A stretch of 64,000 nucleotides of DNA from Myxococcota bacterium (GTDB taxonomy: Bacteria > Myxococcota_A > UBA796 > SXON01): positions 32,001 through 96,000 of the forward strand of contig JAZKFH010000009.1 in assembly GCA_040386535.1 (NCBI GenBank). Direction: 5' to 3'. The position numbers were made by a program, and so were the translations under genes. Under the pieces are notes generated by a model, which searched no databases, was not told the origin of the DNA, and saw only the letters and a program-made list of their open reading frames with translations. Of the stretch, positions 1 through 11,558 are shown in pieces (position 1 is the stretch's first letter; the number at the start of each line of letters is the position of its first letter).

Positions 1-1
1 C

Positions 2-1513
2 GAGGAGCTGATCGAGTCGCTCGAGTGGTTCGACGAGGGGACCGAGCAGGACGGCCTGTACGCCGCGTTCGCCGCGAACGTGATCCACCGGGGATCCCGC
101 AGCCCGCACGCGCCGGTGGTCGTCGTCCCCAACGCCACCTGGGCGCACCTGTTCGGCGGCATCGAGGGCGACGCCACCGTCGACCACCGCAACATCCGCG
201 GCGGCTCGCTCCAGGACGCGGACGGCGGCTTCCTCGTGCTCAACGCCGCGGATCTCTTGCAGGATCCCGGGTCCTGGCGGTTGCTCAAGCGGGCGTTGAT
301 GTTCGGCCAGGTGGACATCCAGAACCCGGAGAGCCCGCTGAACACGGGCGCCTCCGTGCTGCGGCCGGACTCGATGAAGCTCGACGTGAAGGTGGTGCTG
401 CTCGGGGATCTCGAGACCTACGCCGCGCTGTTCTACGGCGACAGCGACTTCGCCAGCATCTTCAAGATCAAGGCGGAGTTCGAGGAGGACGCCGCGTGTA
501 CGCCGCCGCTGCTGATGGAGTACGCGGGCTTCATCGCCCGCATGGTGCGCCGGGAGAAGCTCCCGCCCTTCACGCGCGACGCGGTCGCGGCCGTGCTGGA
601 GTGGGCGGTGCGCGCGTCCGGCCGCGGTGGGCGCATCACGACGCACTTCGGGAGCATCGCGGATCTCTTGCGCGAGGCGGCGTTCGAAGCCAACGGAACG
701 GTGACCGACCGCGTCCACATCGAGGCGGCGCTGCTCTCGCGCCGGAACCGGGACGATCTCGCCGAGCGCCGCGTCATCGAGATGCTCCAGAGCGGCGTGT
801 TGCGCGTCGATCTCGACGGCAAGCGGGTCGGGCAGGTCAACGCGCTTGTCGTCTACCACGTTGGCGGTCACGACTTCGGGCGCCCGATGCGGATCACCGC
901 GACCGTCGGAGTGGGGCGCGGCGGCGTCGTCTCCATCGAGCGCGAGGTGCGCCTCTCCGGGCGCGTCCACCAGAAGGGCGTGCAGATCCTCCGGGGCCTC
1001 CTCCTCGATCGGTTCGGCCGCAAACGCCCGCTGTCCTTCACCGCGTCGATGTGTTTCGAGCAGTCGTACGCGCGGATCGACGGCGACAGCGCGACGAGCG
1101 CGGAGGTGTACGCGCTCCTCTCCGCGTTGGCGGGCGTGCCGCTTCGCCAGGACGTGGCGGTCACCGGGTCGGTGAACCAGTTCGGCGAGGTGCAGGGCGT
1201 CGGCGGGGTCAACGAGAAGATCGAGGGGTTCTTCACGGCGTGCCGGCTCCGGGGCCTCACCGGGGCCCAGGGCGTCGCCATCCCCCAGCACAACGTGCCC
1301 GACCTCTGCCTGTCCACCGCGGTGCGGGACGCGTGCGCGGAGGGGCGTTTCCACGTGTGGGCGATCGGCCGCATCGAGGAGGGCATCGAGCTGCTCACGG
1401 GCCTGACCGCCGGCGAACGGGACGCCGATGGCGACTACCCCGAGGACTCGGTGATGGGGCGGGTCGCGCGTACGTTGGACGAGTTCACGTCGCTGAGCCG
1501 GCGACGGCGGTGA
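2..1513 (+). CDS. Lon-type (S16) ATP-dependent protease, LonB/LonC-like; 5'-truncated by the window edge
   Basis: Frame is open from base 2. Has the AAA segment GSLQDADGGFLVL and the protease Ser-Lys dyad motifs IDGDSATSAE and VGGVNEKIEG. Confidence 0.9.
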   Translation, partial: EELIESLEWFDEGTEQDGLYAAFAANVIHRGSRSPHAPVVVVPNATWAHLFGGIEGDATVDHRNIRGGSLQDADGGFLVLNAADLLQDPGSWRLLKRALMFGQVDIQNPESPLNTGASVLRPDSMKLDVKVVLLGDLETYAALFYGDSDFASIFKIKAEFEEDAACTPPLLMEYAGFIARMVRREKLPPFTRDAVAAVLEWAVRASGRGGRITTHFGSIADLLREAAFEANGTVTDRVHIEAALLSRRNRDDLAERRVIEMLQSGVLRVDLDGKRVGQVNALVVYHVGGHDFGRPMRITATVGVGRGGVVSIEREVRLSGRVHQKGVQILRGLLLDRFGRKRPLSFTASMCFEQSYARIDGDSATSAEVYALLSALAGVPLRQDVAVTGSVNQFGEVQGVGGVNEKIEGFFTACRLRGLTGAQGVAIPQHNVPDLCLSTAVRDACAEGRFHVWAIGRIEEGIELLTGLTAGERDADGDYPEDSVMGRVARTLDEFTSLSRRRR

Positions 1514-3047
1514 CCGGCGCGCGCCGGACGGTGCCGAGGAGCGCGAGGAAGCCGACAAGGCTCGCCAGCGCCGGGAACCAGCCACCCCAGGTGCGGTAGG
1601 GCGTCTCGAAGGTGGCCATGCGGATGGGCACCACCTCCGCGACGTCGGTGTAGGGCGTGGTGTAGACGGGGATGGCGCCGTGCGGCTCGACCACCATGCT
1701 CACCCCCGTGTAGGCCACGCGGAGCATCGGACGCCCGAGCTCGACCGCGTGCACCGCGGAGAGCATGGCGTGCTGGTGCGGCGCCGAAGTGTCCCCGAAC
1801 CAACCGTCATTCGTGATGTTCACGAACACGTCGGCGTTCATCAGCTGCCGCATCTGCGACTCGAGGATGGCCTCGTAGCAGATGGGGGTGGTGAACGTGT
1901 AGCGCCCCGTGTCGAACACGGTCGCGACGGTGCCGGCGCGGAAATCGCCGACGCCCTCGATGTAGTCGCGCAGGTAGCTCACCGGCCACGGCAGGTACTC
2001 GCCGAAGGGCAGGGGCACCATCTTGTCGTACCGGCCGAGGATCTCGCCGCTCTTGCCGAAGAGGTACGCGCTGTTCCAGCTGGCCCGGCGCGTCGGGTCC
2101 TCGGGGTCGCGGCTGAACGTGCCGCCGCCCACGAGGAAGTCGAAGCCGCCGCGCTTCGAGAGCTCGGAGAAGATCTCCTTGAGCTTGCCCTCGTTGGGGT
2201 TGTAGCCGATGGAGCCCTCGGGCCAGACCACCAGGTCCGGCTTCTGGTCGGCCACGAGCTTGGTGAGCTGCATCCACGACTTGAGCACGTCGTTCCCACG
2301 CTCCTGGATGCGCGTCACCATCGTGACGTGCTGCTGCAGGATGCTCGCGCGGACCACGGGCGCGCCCGACAACACGGCCTCCACGTCCGCGTAGCGCCAG
2401 GCGCCGTACCCGAGGTTGACGACCCACAACGCGGCCACCCCGGCCATCACGGGGATGGGCGGCGCGGTGCCCTCGCGGCGCGCGATGAAGAAGGCGGCGA
2501 TGGCGCAGTTCACGAGGATGACGAGGTAGGAGAGCCCCATGGCGCCGAACACGCTCGCGAGCTGCCACACCCACGGCACGCGGTATTGGCCGACGCCCTG
2601 ATAGTAGGGGAACAACGCCGGTTGCAGGTACTCCATCCCCACCCAGACGGCGGGGAACAGGAAGATCCAGGCGCCGCCGAACCGCTGGCGCAGCCGCGGC
2701 AACGCCATCGCCACGAGCCCGTACGGCAGGCCCCACACCGCCGCGAAGAGCACGACGATGCCCGCGGCGAGCACCAGCGGGATGTTGGAGAACACCGTGA
2801 TGGTCTGGGCGAGCCAGAAGAACAAGCAGAAGACGCCGGTGAATCCGCAGAGGTAGCCCAGCTTGAAGTTCATCCGTGCCTCGCCGGGGCGGAGCGCCCA
2901 GAAGAGGGGGACGAAGCTGAACCAGTGCAACGCGGAGAGACCGAACGGCGGCGACACGAACAACAACACGAGGCCCGACACCAGCGCCGCGAGGGTGCGG
3001 GGGAGCGCGGCGCGGGAGAACAGCCCCGGCGCGCGCGCGGTGGTCAT
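1485..3047 (-). CDS. lnt: Apolipoprotein N-acyltransferase
   Basis: Multi-TM N-terminus, then nitrilase-fold triad motifs WPEG, YDKMVP and PICYE, plus NITNDGWFG. ATG at 3047 overlaps the upstream stop (ATGA). The ORF-track start at 3908 is an over-extension. Confidence 0.93.
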   Translation of the reverse strand: MTTARAPGLFSRAALPRTLAALVSGLVLLFVSPPFGLSALHWFSFVPLFWALRPGEARMNFKLGYLCGFTGVFCLFFWLAQTITVFSNIPLVLAAGIVVLFAAVWGLPYGLVAMALPRLRQRFGGAWIFLFPAVWVGMEYLQPALFPYYQGVGQYRVPWVWQLASVFGAMGLSYLVILVNCAIAAFFIARREGTAPPIPVMAGVAALWVVNLGYGAWRYADVEAVLSGAPVVRASILQQHVTMVTRIQERGNDVLKSWMQLTKLVADQKPDLVVWPEGSIGYNPNEGKLKEIFSELSKRGGFDFLVGGGTFSRDPEDPTRRASWNSAYLFGKSGEILGRYDKMVPLPFGEYLPWPVSYLRDYIEGVGDFRAGTVATVFDTGRYTFTTPICYEAILESQMRQLMNADVFVNITNDGWFGDTSAPHQHAMLSAVHAVELGRPMLRVAYTGVSMVVEPHGAIPVYTTPYTDVAEVVPIRMATFETPYRTWGGWFPALASLVGFLALLGTVRRAPVTAVAGSAT

Positions 3048-3838
3048 CGGTTCCAACGGGGCGCCCGCTTCTCGAGGAAGGCCGCGACGCCCTCCCGTGG
3101 CTCGCCGCTCGTGAGCGCCAACACGCCCGCGCGGGTCTCGACGGAGAGCGCCTCGATCAGGCCGAGGTCCGCCGACATGCGGACGGCGCCGAGCGCCAAC
3201 TGCACCGCCATCGGCCCGTTCCCGACGATGTCCTGGGCGGCGCGGCGGGCGACCGCGAGCGCCGTGCCGGCGGGGACGACCCGCTCCACGACGCCCAGTC
3301 GAAACGCCTCGTCGCCATCCACGCGCCGCGCGGTGCAGATGAGGTCGGCGGCGCGTCCGGGCCCCACGAGGCGGGTCAACCGGGCACAGCCGCCGAGGTC
3401 CGGGATCATGCCGATGCGCACCTCGAGGAGCCCGAGGCTCGCGTCCGCCGCGGCGAAGCGCATGTCGCATGCCAGCGCCACCTCGAGGCCGCCGCCGATA
3501 CACGCGCCTTCGATCGCGGCGATGGTGGGGCAGGGGAGGTCGGCCAGCGCCTGGACGCAGCCCTTGAGCTCCGTGATGACCCGCCGCGCGGCTTGCTCGT
3601 CCCCGTCCGCGATCGCGGGCGCGGCAGCCTGAAACAGCGGGTTGTCCGGGCTCAGATCCAAACCCGAGCAGAAGTGGGCGCCGCTCCCCGTGACGATCAC
3701 GACCCGCGTGGTCCCCTCCACGGCGTTGGCCGCATCGCGCAAGCCGCGCCACATCTCCATGTCGAGCGCGTTGCGTCGCGACGGCCGGTCGATCGTGAGG
3801 ACCGTGACGCCATCGAGGGTCTGGCTGATGACTGGCAT
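3044..3838 (-). CDS. Enoyl-CoA hydratase/isomerase (crotonase) family protein
   Basis: Motifs FCSGLDL, IAAIEGACIGGGLEVALACDMR, EVRIGMIPDLGG and C-terminal EGVAAFLEKRAP. Confidence 0.92.
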   Translation of the reverse strand: MPVISQTLDGVTVLTIDRPSRRNALDMEMWRGLRDAANAVEGTTRVVIVTGSGAHFCSGLDLSPDNPLFQAAAPAIADGDEQAARRVITELKGCVQALADLPCPTIAAIEGACIGGGLEVALACDMRFAAADASLGLLEVRIGMIPDLGGCARLTRLVGPGRAADLICTARRVDGDEAFRLGVVERVVPAGTALAVARRAAQDIVGNGPMAVQLALGAVRMSADLGLIEALSVETRAGVLALTSGEPREGVAAFLEKRAPRWNR

Positions 3839-3906
3839 CCGCCGCTGTTATCGCCCGGGGGGTACCGGCGCCGCTCCGGGAGCCGCGGGACGGGTTGCGC
3901 CGCGCC

Positions 3907-3942
3907 AAAACGTGAAGAGCCGACGCCTCGCGGCGCCGGCTC
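3907..3942 (-). terminator. Probable intrinsic terminator of groES-groEL
   Basis: Minus strand reads GAGCCGGCGCC-GCGA-GGCGTCGGCTC (11-bp stem with one G-U pair, GNRA loop), then TTCACGTTTT. It lies 26 nt past the groEL stop. Confidence 0.7.
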
Positions 3943-3968
3943 CTCGATCGGACGGTCGAGCGGACGGA

Positions 3969-5654
<1,686 letters not shown>

Positions 5655-5675
5655 CTAGGTGAGGGGGGAGAAGGC

Positions 5676-5966
5676 TTACTTGTCGAGGACCGCGAGGACG
5701 TCTTCTTCACGGAGGATGACGTGCTCTTCGCCTTCGAGCTTGATCTCGTCACCCGTGTACTTGCCGAAGAGCACGCGGTCACCGACCTTGAGGGTCATCG
5801 GGCGGATCTTGCCGTCTTCCAGGATGCGGCCGGCGCCGACGGCGATGACCTCCGCCTCCTGCGGCTTCTCCTTGGCGGTGTCAGGGATGATGAGGCCCCC
5901 GGCGCTCTTGTTCTCGGTGGTGACGCGCTTGACCAGCACGCGATCGTAGAGAGGGCGGAACTTCAT
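5676..5966 (-). CDS. groS: Co-chaperonin GroES (96 aa)
   Basis: [14 protein letters not shown]...[20 protein letters not shown] precedes ATG 5966, directly upstream of groEL. Confidence 0.98.
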   Translation of the reverse strand: MKFRPLYDRVLVKRVTTENKSAGGLIIPDTAKEKPQEAEVIAVGAGRILEDGKIRPMTLKVGDRVLFGKYTGDEIKLEGEEHVILREEDVLAVLDK

Positions 5967-6222
5967 GGTCGGACTCCGATGGAACAGGGGTTTCGGTCGC
6001 ACCGCCGGTGGCGGCGCGAAGGTTGCGGGTAGCGGGCAGAGCCCAGACCCGGGTGCGGCGAAGGGGTACACACGCGCAGGACCCGCGTCAACCATCGCCT
6101 CGGCTAAAAAGCGAAGCACGGCGCCGGATCTGCACCATTGCCGATCCGACGCCGGTTCTCCCAGAGCCCGGCCGAGGTCAGGGCGTTTCGATCGTAGGCC
6201 CGAGCCTGGGTCCAGCCAATCA

Positions 6223-6239
6223 AGCAAGACGCGTGCCAA
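6223..6239 (-). promoter_or_regulatory. sigma54 (-24/-12) promoter facing groES
   Basis: Minus strand TTGGCACGCGTCTTGCT matches the YTGGCACG-N4-TTGCW consensus with exact spacing. Confidence 0.8.
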
Positions 6240-6411
6240 TCGTCGCGCTGCGGACCGAATATTTTTCTCACGCGCTCTTCTTCGGTCCCGTGTTCTGTCG
6301 GGTTGCCGATAGGCGGCGGAGTACCTAGTGAAAGAAGCCACAGCAAAGACGGGGGGACGCGACACGCCGACGGACGCCACGGAAGCGTCGGGGCGGACGC
6401 ACGCCGTCGGC

Positions 6412-6439
6412 TTGACGTCGCGAAGCCGGGGATTAGCAT
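6412..6439 (+). promoter_or_regulatory. Possible sigma70-type promoter for dnaK
   Basis: TTGACG-N16-TAGCAT, about 100 nt upstream of the dnaK ATG. Confidence 0.45.
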
Positions 6440-6540
6440 CTGCGGGACTTCGACGCGTACGGCTGTGTGTGTGTCGATTCGCGAGTTTCTAAGGTTGTTT
6501 GTTTCGCATCCAGGCGCAAGTCGGAGAGGGAGGACCGGTC

Positions 6541-8454
6541 ATGGGCAAGATCATTGGCATCGATCTCGGGACAACGAACTCGGTCGTAGCCGTCATGGAG
6601 GGAGACTCCCCGACCGTGATCATCAACGAAGAAGGCGCACGCACCACCCCGTCGGTGGTGTCCTTCACGAAGGACGGTGAGCGCCTCGTCGGCGCCACGG
6701 CACGTCGCCAGGCCATCATCAATCCGACGCGCACCGTGTACTCGGTGAAGCGGTTCATGGGGTTGCGGTGGGAGGAGGCGTCCAAGGAGTCCGGTCGCGT
6801 CCCGTACAAGATCGTCCGGGCCCCCGACGGGCTCGTGAAGATCCAGGTCGACGACAAGGAGTATTCCCCGCCGGAGATTTCGGCGATGATCCTCCAGAAG
6901 TTGAAGCGTGACGCGGAGAAGTACCTCGGCCAGCCGGTGACCGAAGCGGTCATCACGGTGCCCGCGTACTTCAATGACGCCCAGCGCCAGGCCACCAAGG
7001 ACGCGGGCCGCATCGCCGGGCTCGACGTGAAGCGCATCATCAACGAGCCGACCGCGGCCGCGCTCGCCTACGGCTTCGGCAAGAAGAAGAAGGACCAGAC
7101 CATCGCGGTCTACGACTTCGGCGGCGGAACGTTCGACATCTCGATCCTCGACGTCGGGGACAACGTGGTCGAGGTCCGGTCCACCAACGGGGACACGCAC
7201 CTCGGCGGTGACGACATCGACAACGCGATCATCGATTGGCTCGTCAAGGAGTTCAAGACCGAGACCGGTATCGACGTCGCGGGCGACAAGATGGTGCTCC
7301 AGCGCCTCAAGGACGCCGCGGAGAAGGCCAAGATCGAGCTCTCCTCGAGCCAGTCCGCGCAGATCTCCCTGCCGTTCCTCTCGGCCGACAAGGACGGTCC
7401 CAAGCACCTCGAGCGCACGCTCTCCCGCGCCCGCTTCGAGCAGATGATCGAGCCCATCGTCGAGCGCACCATGGAGCCCTGTCGGCTCGCGTTGCGCGAC
7501 GCGAAGGTCGCGGCGGGCGACATCGACGAGGTCATCCTCGTCGGCGGCTCCACGCGCATCCCGCTCGTCCAGAAGAAGGTCAAGGATCTCTTCGGCAAGG
7601 AGCCCAACCGCTCCGTGAACCCGGACGAGGTCGTGGCGCTCGGCGCGGCGGTGCAGGGCGGTGTGCTCGGCGGCGACGTGACCGACATGCTCCTGCTCGA
7701 CGTGACCCCGCTGTCCCTCGGCATCGAGACGCTCGGCGGCGTGATGACCACCCTCATCACCCGCAACGCGACGATCCCGACGAGCAAGGGCGAGACGTTC
7801 AGCACCGCGGCGGACGGCCAGACCGCAGTGGACGTGCACGTGTACCAGGGCGAGCGCCCCCTCGCGAAGGACAACCGGCTCCTCGGGACCTTCCGGCTCG
7901 ACGGCATCACCCCGGCGCCGCGCGGCGTGCCCCAGGTCGAGGTCACCTTCGACATCGACGCGAACGGCATCCTGAACGTCAAGGCGAAGGACAAGGCCAC
8001 CAACCGCGAGCAGAAGATCACGATCACGTCGTCGTCCGGCCTCTCGAAGGAGGACGTGGACAAGCTCGTGCGCGAAGCGGCGGCGAACGAGTCGGCCGAC
8101 AAGGGCAAGCGTGAGCTCATCGAAGAGCGCAACAAGCTCGACAACCTCGTGTACCAGACGGACAAGGCGCTTCGCGAGAGCCGCGACAAGATGCCGCCCG
8201 ACCAGGTGAGCGTGGTGGAGAGCGCGTTGGTCGAGGCCAAGTCGGCGCTCGACAGCGACGATGTGTCACGCCTCAAGGCCGCCTTCGAGAAGCTCACTCA
8301 GGCGAGCTACAAGCTGGCCGAGACGATGTACCAGGGCGCCGGTGCAGGCGGCGCCGCGGGTGCAGCCGGGGGCGCCGCGGGTGGCGCTGCCGACGGGGCG
8401 GGCGGCGGAAAGAAGGGCGACGACGTCATCGACGCGGACTTCGAAGAAGCGTAG
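6541..8454 (+). CDS. dnaK: Chaperone DnaK (Hsp70)
   Basis: [25 protein letters not shown] and C-terminal DADFEE. Strong RBS (GGAGG) before ATG 6541. Confidence 0.99.
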   Translation: MGKIIGIDLGTTNSVVAVMEGDSPTVIINEEGARTTPSVVSFTKDGERLVGATARRQAIINPTRTVYSVKRFMGLRWEEASKESGRVPYKIVRAPDGLVKIQVDDKEYSPPEISAMILQKLKRDAEKYLGQPVTEAVITVPAYFNDAQRQATKDAGRIAGLDVKRIINEPTAAALAYGFGKKKKDQTIAVYDFGGGTFDISILDVGDNVVEVRSTNGDTHLGGDDIDNAIIDWLVKEFKTETGIDVAGDKMVLQRLKDAAEKAKIELSSSQSAQISLPFLSADKDGPKHLERTLSRARFEQMIEPIVERTMEPCRLALRDAKVAAGDIDEVILVGGSTRIPLVQKKVKDLFGKEPNRSVNPDEVVALGAAVQGGVLGGDVTDMLLLDVTPLSLGIETLGGVMTTLITRNATIPTSKGETFSTAADGQTAVDVHVYQGERPLAKDNRLLGTFRLDGITPAPRGVPQVEVTFDIDANGILNVKAKDKATNREQKITITSSSGLSKEDVDKLVREAAANESADKGKRELIEERNKLDNLVYQTDKALRESRDKMPPDQVSVVESALVEAKSALDSDDVSRLKAAFEKLTQASYKLAETMYQGAGAGGAAGAAGGAAGGAADGAGGGKKGDDVIDADFEEA

Positions 8455-8466
8455 ACGGTCAGGCTG

Positions 8467-8492
8467 CGGGGGCCGTCGATCAGGCGGCCCCC
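8467..8492 (+). other. GC-rich hairpin between dnaK and dnaJ (mRNA-stabilising or attenuating stem)
   Basis: CGGGGGCCGTC-GATCA-GGCGGCCCCCG inverted repeat with only a weak U tract. Confidence 0.5.
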
Positions 8493-8509
8493 GATCTTGT
8501 GGAGGATAG

Positions 8510-9625
8510 ATGGCGGGCAAGCGCGACTTCTACGAAGTGCTCGGCGTGGCACGTGGTGCTACCGCCAACGAGATCAAGAAAGCCTTCCGGCAGATGGCGA
8601 TGAAGTTCCATCCGGACAAGAATCCGGGGGACAAGGAGGCGGAGGCGCGCTTCAAGGAAGTGGCCGAAGCCTACGAGATCCTGGGGGACGACCAGAAGCG
8701 CCAGATGTACGACCGCTTCGGGCACGACGGTCTGCGCGGGGCCGGCTTCAACACCGGCTTCAACAACCAGGAAGAGATCTTCTCCCACTTCTCCGACATC
8801 TTCGGAGACCTCTTCGGCTTCGGCGGGGGCGGCGGTGGCCGTCGCCGTGGGCCCCGTCGCGGGCCCGACCTCGAATACCCGCTCACGATCGAGTTTCTCG
8901 AGGCCGCCAAGGGCTGTGAGAAGGAGATCCAGGTCCCCAAGCACGCCATCTGCCAGGAGTGCGACGGAAACGGGGCCGCCGCAGGGAGCCAGCCCCAGGT
9001 GTGCGCCACGTGTCGCGGCGCGGGCGAGGTCGTGCAGGCCCAGATGTTCCTGCGGATCCGCACGACCTGCCCGAGCTGCGGTGGGCGCGGCAAGGTCATC
9101 CGTGACCCGTGCACTCCGTGCGAGGGGAGCGGGCGGACGCGCATCAGCGAGAAGCTGAAGGTCACGATCCCCGGCGGGATCGACGACGGAATGCAGCTGC
9201 GTTTGCAGGGCAAGGGGGATGCCGGCGATCCCGGCGCCCCGTCCGGCGATCTGTACATCACCATCCGGGTCGCGGAGCACGAGATCTTCGGCCGGGATGG
9301 CAACAACGTGTTGTGTCAGGTGCCCATCAGCTACGCCACGGCGTGCCTGGGCGGGGAGATCTCGGTCCCCACGATCGACGGAGAGGAGAACCTCGAGGTC
9401 GAGGGTGGAACGCCCTCGGGCAAGGTCTTCACCCTCCGCGACAAGGGCATCCCCTCGTTGAACGGTCGCGGCCGCGGCGACCAGCTCGTCCAGGTGGTCG
9501 TCGCCGTGCCGAAGAACATGTCGGCCAAGGAAGAGGAGCTGGTGCGCCAGCTCGCGGCGCTCCAGGAGGCCAAGGTGGCCGACCGGAGCATCTGGAAGGA
9601 GTTCCTCAACCGGTGGACCAGCTAG
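8510..9625 (+). CDS. dnaJ: Chaperone DnaJ
   Basis: J-domain HPD, G/F-rich region and four CxxCxGxG zinc-finger repeats. Confidence 0.98.
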   Translation: MAGKRDFYEVLGVARGATANEIKKAFRQMAMKFHPDKNPGDKEAEARFKEVAEAYEILGDDQKRQMYDRFGHDGLRGAGFNTGFNNQEEIFSHFSDIFGDLFGFGGGGGGRRRGPRRGPDLEYPLTIEFLEAAKGCEKEIQVPKHAICQECDGNGAAAGSQPQVCATCRGAGEVVQAQMFLRIRTTCPSCGGRGKVIRDPCTPCEGSGRTRISEKLKVTIPGGIDDGMQLRLQGKGDAGDPGAPSGDLYITIRVAEHEIFGRDGNNVLCQVPISYATACLGGEISVPTIDGEENLEVEGGTPSGKVFTLRDKGIPSLNGRGRGDQLVQVVVAVPKNMSAKEEELVRQLAALQEAKVADRSIWKEFLNRWTS

Positions 9626-9679
9626 CCGCCGATCAGTGGAAGGCATCGCCTGTCGCAGGTGTCGTCGGGGGAGGAACGA

Positions 9680-10687
9680 ATGGAAGAGAGAGACCTGCAG
9701 GCCGCGGGCTTTTCGCCGGGCCAGCTGACCGAAGAGCTCGCTGATGCCGCCAAGGCCCTCGGGGAGGTGCGGCGACAGGTCGCGCGGGTGATCGTCGGCC
9801 AGAAGTACATGATCGACCGGCTGCTCATCGCGTTGCTCGCGGACGGGCACATCCTGCTCGAAGGCGTGCCCGGGTTGGCGAAGACCACGGCGGTCAAGGC
9901 GGTGGCGAGCACGCTCGAAGCCCAATTCTCGCGCATCCAATTCACGCCGGATCTCCTCCCGGCGGATGTCATCGGGACTCAGATCTACAACCCCCGGGAC
10001 GGAGGCTTCTCCACCCGCAAGGGCCCGATCTTCACCAACATCCTGCTCGCGGACGAGATCAACCGCGCGCCGGCGAAGGTGCAGTCCGCCCTGCTCGAGG
10101 CGATGCAGGAGCGGCAGGTGACACTCGCCGACCAGACCTGGAAGCTGCCCCGTCCCTTCCTGGTGTTGGCGACCCAGAACCCCATCGAGCAGGAGGGGAC
10201 CTACCCCCTCCCCGAGGCCCAGGTGGACCGCTTCATGATGAAGCTGGTCGTGACCTACCCCTCCGCCGAGGAGGAGAGGCTGATCCTCGAGCGCAGCTCC
10301 CAGCCCGTCGCGCTACCGGACATGGTGCTCGATCCCGCGCGGATCCTCCGCATCCAGGACCTCACGCGCCAGGTGACCATCAAGCCCATGTTGGCGGGCT
10401 ACATCGTCAACCTCGTGCAGGCCACCCGGCAGCCGGGCGCGTTCTCGACGCGCCTCGCGCGCCTCGTGCAGTTCGGCGCCTCGCCCCGCGCTACGATCGC
10501 GTTGGCGGCGGCGGCCCGCGCGGCGGCCGTGCTCGACGGGCGCGAGTTCGCCACCCCCGACGACGTGAAGGAGGTCGCGCTCGACGTGCTGCGGCACCGC
10601 GTGCTGCTGACCTACGAGGCCGAAGCCGAGCAGGTCACGGCCGACCACGTGATCCGCGAGATCCTCTCGACCGTGAAGACGCCCTGA
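9680..10687 (+). CDS. moxR: MoxR-family AAA+ ATPase
   Basis: EGVPGLAKT, RIQFTPDLLPAD, DEINRAPAKVQSALLEAMQE and ATQNPIEQEGTYPLPEAQVDRF. Confidence 0.96.
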   Translation: MEERDLQAAGFSPGQLTEELADAAKALGEVRRQVARVIVGQKYMIDRLLIALLADGHILLEGVPGLAKTTAVKAVASTLEAQFSRIQFTPDLLPADVIGTQIYNPRDGGFSTRKGPIFTNILLADEINRAPAKVQSALLEAMQERQVTLADQTWKLPRPFLVLATQNPIEQEGTYPLPEAQVDRFMMKLVVTYPSAEEERLILERSSQPVALPDMVLDPARILRIQDLTRQVTIKPMLAGYIVNLVQATRQPGAFSTRLARLVQFGASPRATIALAAAARAAAVLDGREFATPDDVKEVALDVLRHRVLLTYEAEAEQVTADHVIREILSTVKTP

Positions 10688-10700
10688 GGGCGAGACCCCC

Positions 10701-11558
10701 TTGCTTACCTCCGAAGAGCTCCGCCAGATCCGTCGCCTCCACGTGCAAGCAGGCCGTCGTGTAGACAGCCTGCTCGCCGGCGACTATCGCTCGGCCTTCA
10801 AGGGCAGCGGGATGGAGTTCGAGGAGGTACGCCAGTACGTCCCCGGTGACGACGTTCGGCGCATCGACTGGAACGTCACCGCCCGGACCGGTGACGCATG
10901 GATCAAGGAGTTCCGGGAGGAGCGCGAGCTGACCCTGCTCGTGCTGCTGGACGTGAGCGGCTCCGTCCGGTTCGGCTCCGGCGGGCGGGACGGACGCACC
11001 GACAAGCGGCTCCAGATGGCGCGCGCCGCGGGTGGGCTCGCCTACGCGGCCCTGCGCACGGGGGACCGCGTCGGACTGCTGACCTTCAGCGATCGCATCC
11101 ACCACTACCTGCCTCCGCGGCGGAGCCGCGGGCACGCGTGGCAGGTGATCAGCGCCGCCTTCGAGCACTATGGGGAGGACCACGGCACCGACATCGCCGG
11201 CGCGCTGGCCTACGCCACGAAGGTCATGAAGCGGCGCGCCGTCGTCGCCGTGTTGTCCGACTTCCAAGCCGCGCGCCCCTTCGGGCCGGAGCTCGGCGCG
11301 CTCGTGCGTCGTCACAAGACCCACGCGCTCCTGTTCCACGATCCGCGTGAACAGGCGCTTCCCAACGTCGGGCTCGTGTCCCTACGCGACGCGGAGACGG
11401 GGGAGCTGAGGGTGATCGACGCGGCGGCGCTGAGCGCGGCCCGTTCGGTGGACACCCGGCTGGCCGAGCTGCGGCGCCACGGCGTGCGCGCCAGCGCGGT
11501 CGCGACCGACGAGGACGCGTTCCTGCGCCTCCAGCAGCACTTCCGGGGCGCCCGATGA
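10701..11558 (+). CDS. DUF58 domain protein (MoxR partner)
   Basis: GMEFEEVRQYVPGDDVRRIDWNVTAR and LLDVSGS. Sits in the canonical position after moxR. Confidence 0.93.
   Translation: MLTSEELRQIRRLHVQAGRRVDSLLAGDYRSAFKGSGMEFEEVRQYVPGDDVRRIDWNVTARTGDAWIKEFREERELTLLVLLDVSGSVRFGSGGRDGRTDKRLQMARAAGGLAYAALRTGDRVGLLTFSDRIHHYLPPRRSRGHAWQVISAAFEHYGEDHGTDIAGALAYATKVMKRRAVVAVLSDFQAARPFGPELGALVRRHKTHALLFHDPREQALPNVGLVSLRDAETGELRVIDAAALSAARSVDTRLAELRRHGVRASAVATDEDAFLRLQQHFRGAR

Noticed and set aside
6433..6492. CIRCE-like half sites (TTAGCATC; GAGTTTCTAA) upstream of dnaK
   Set aside because: Both halves are mismatched and lie about 40 nt apart, not the required 9 nt.
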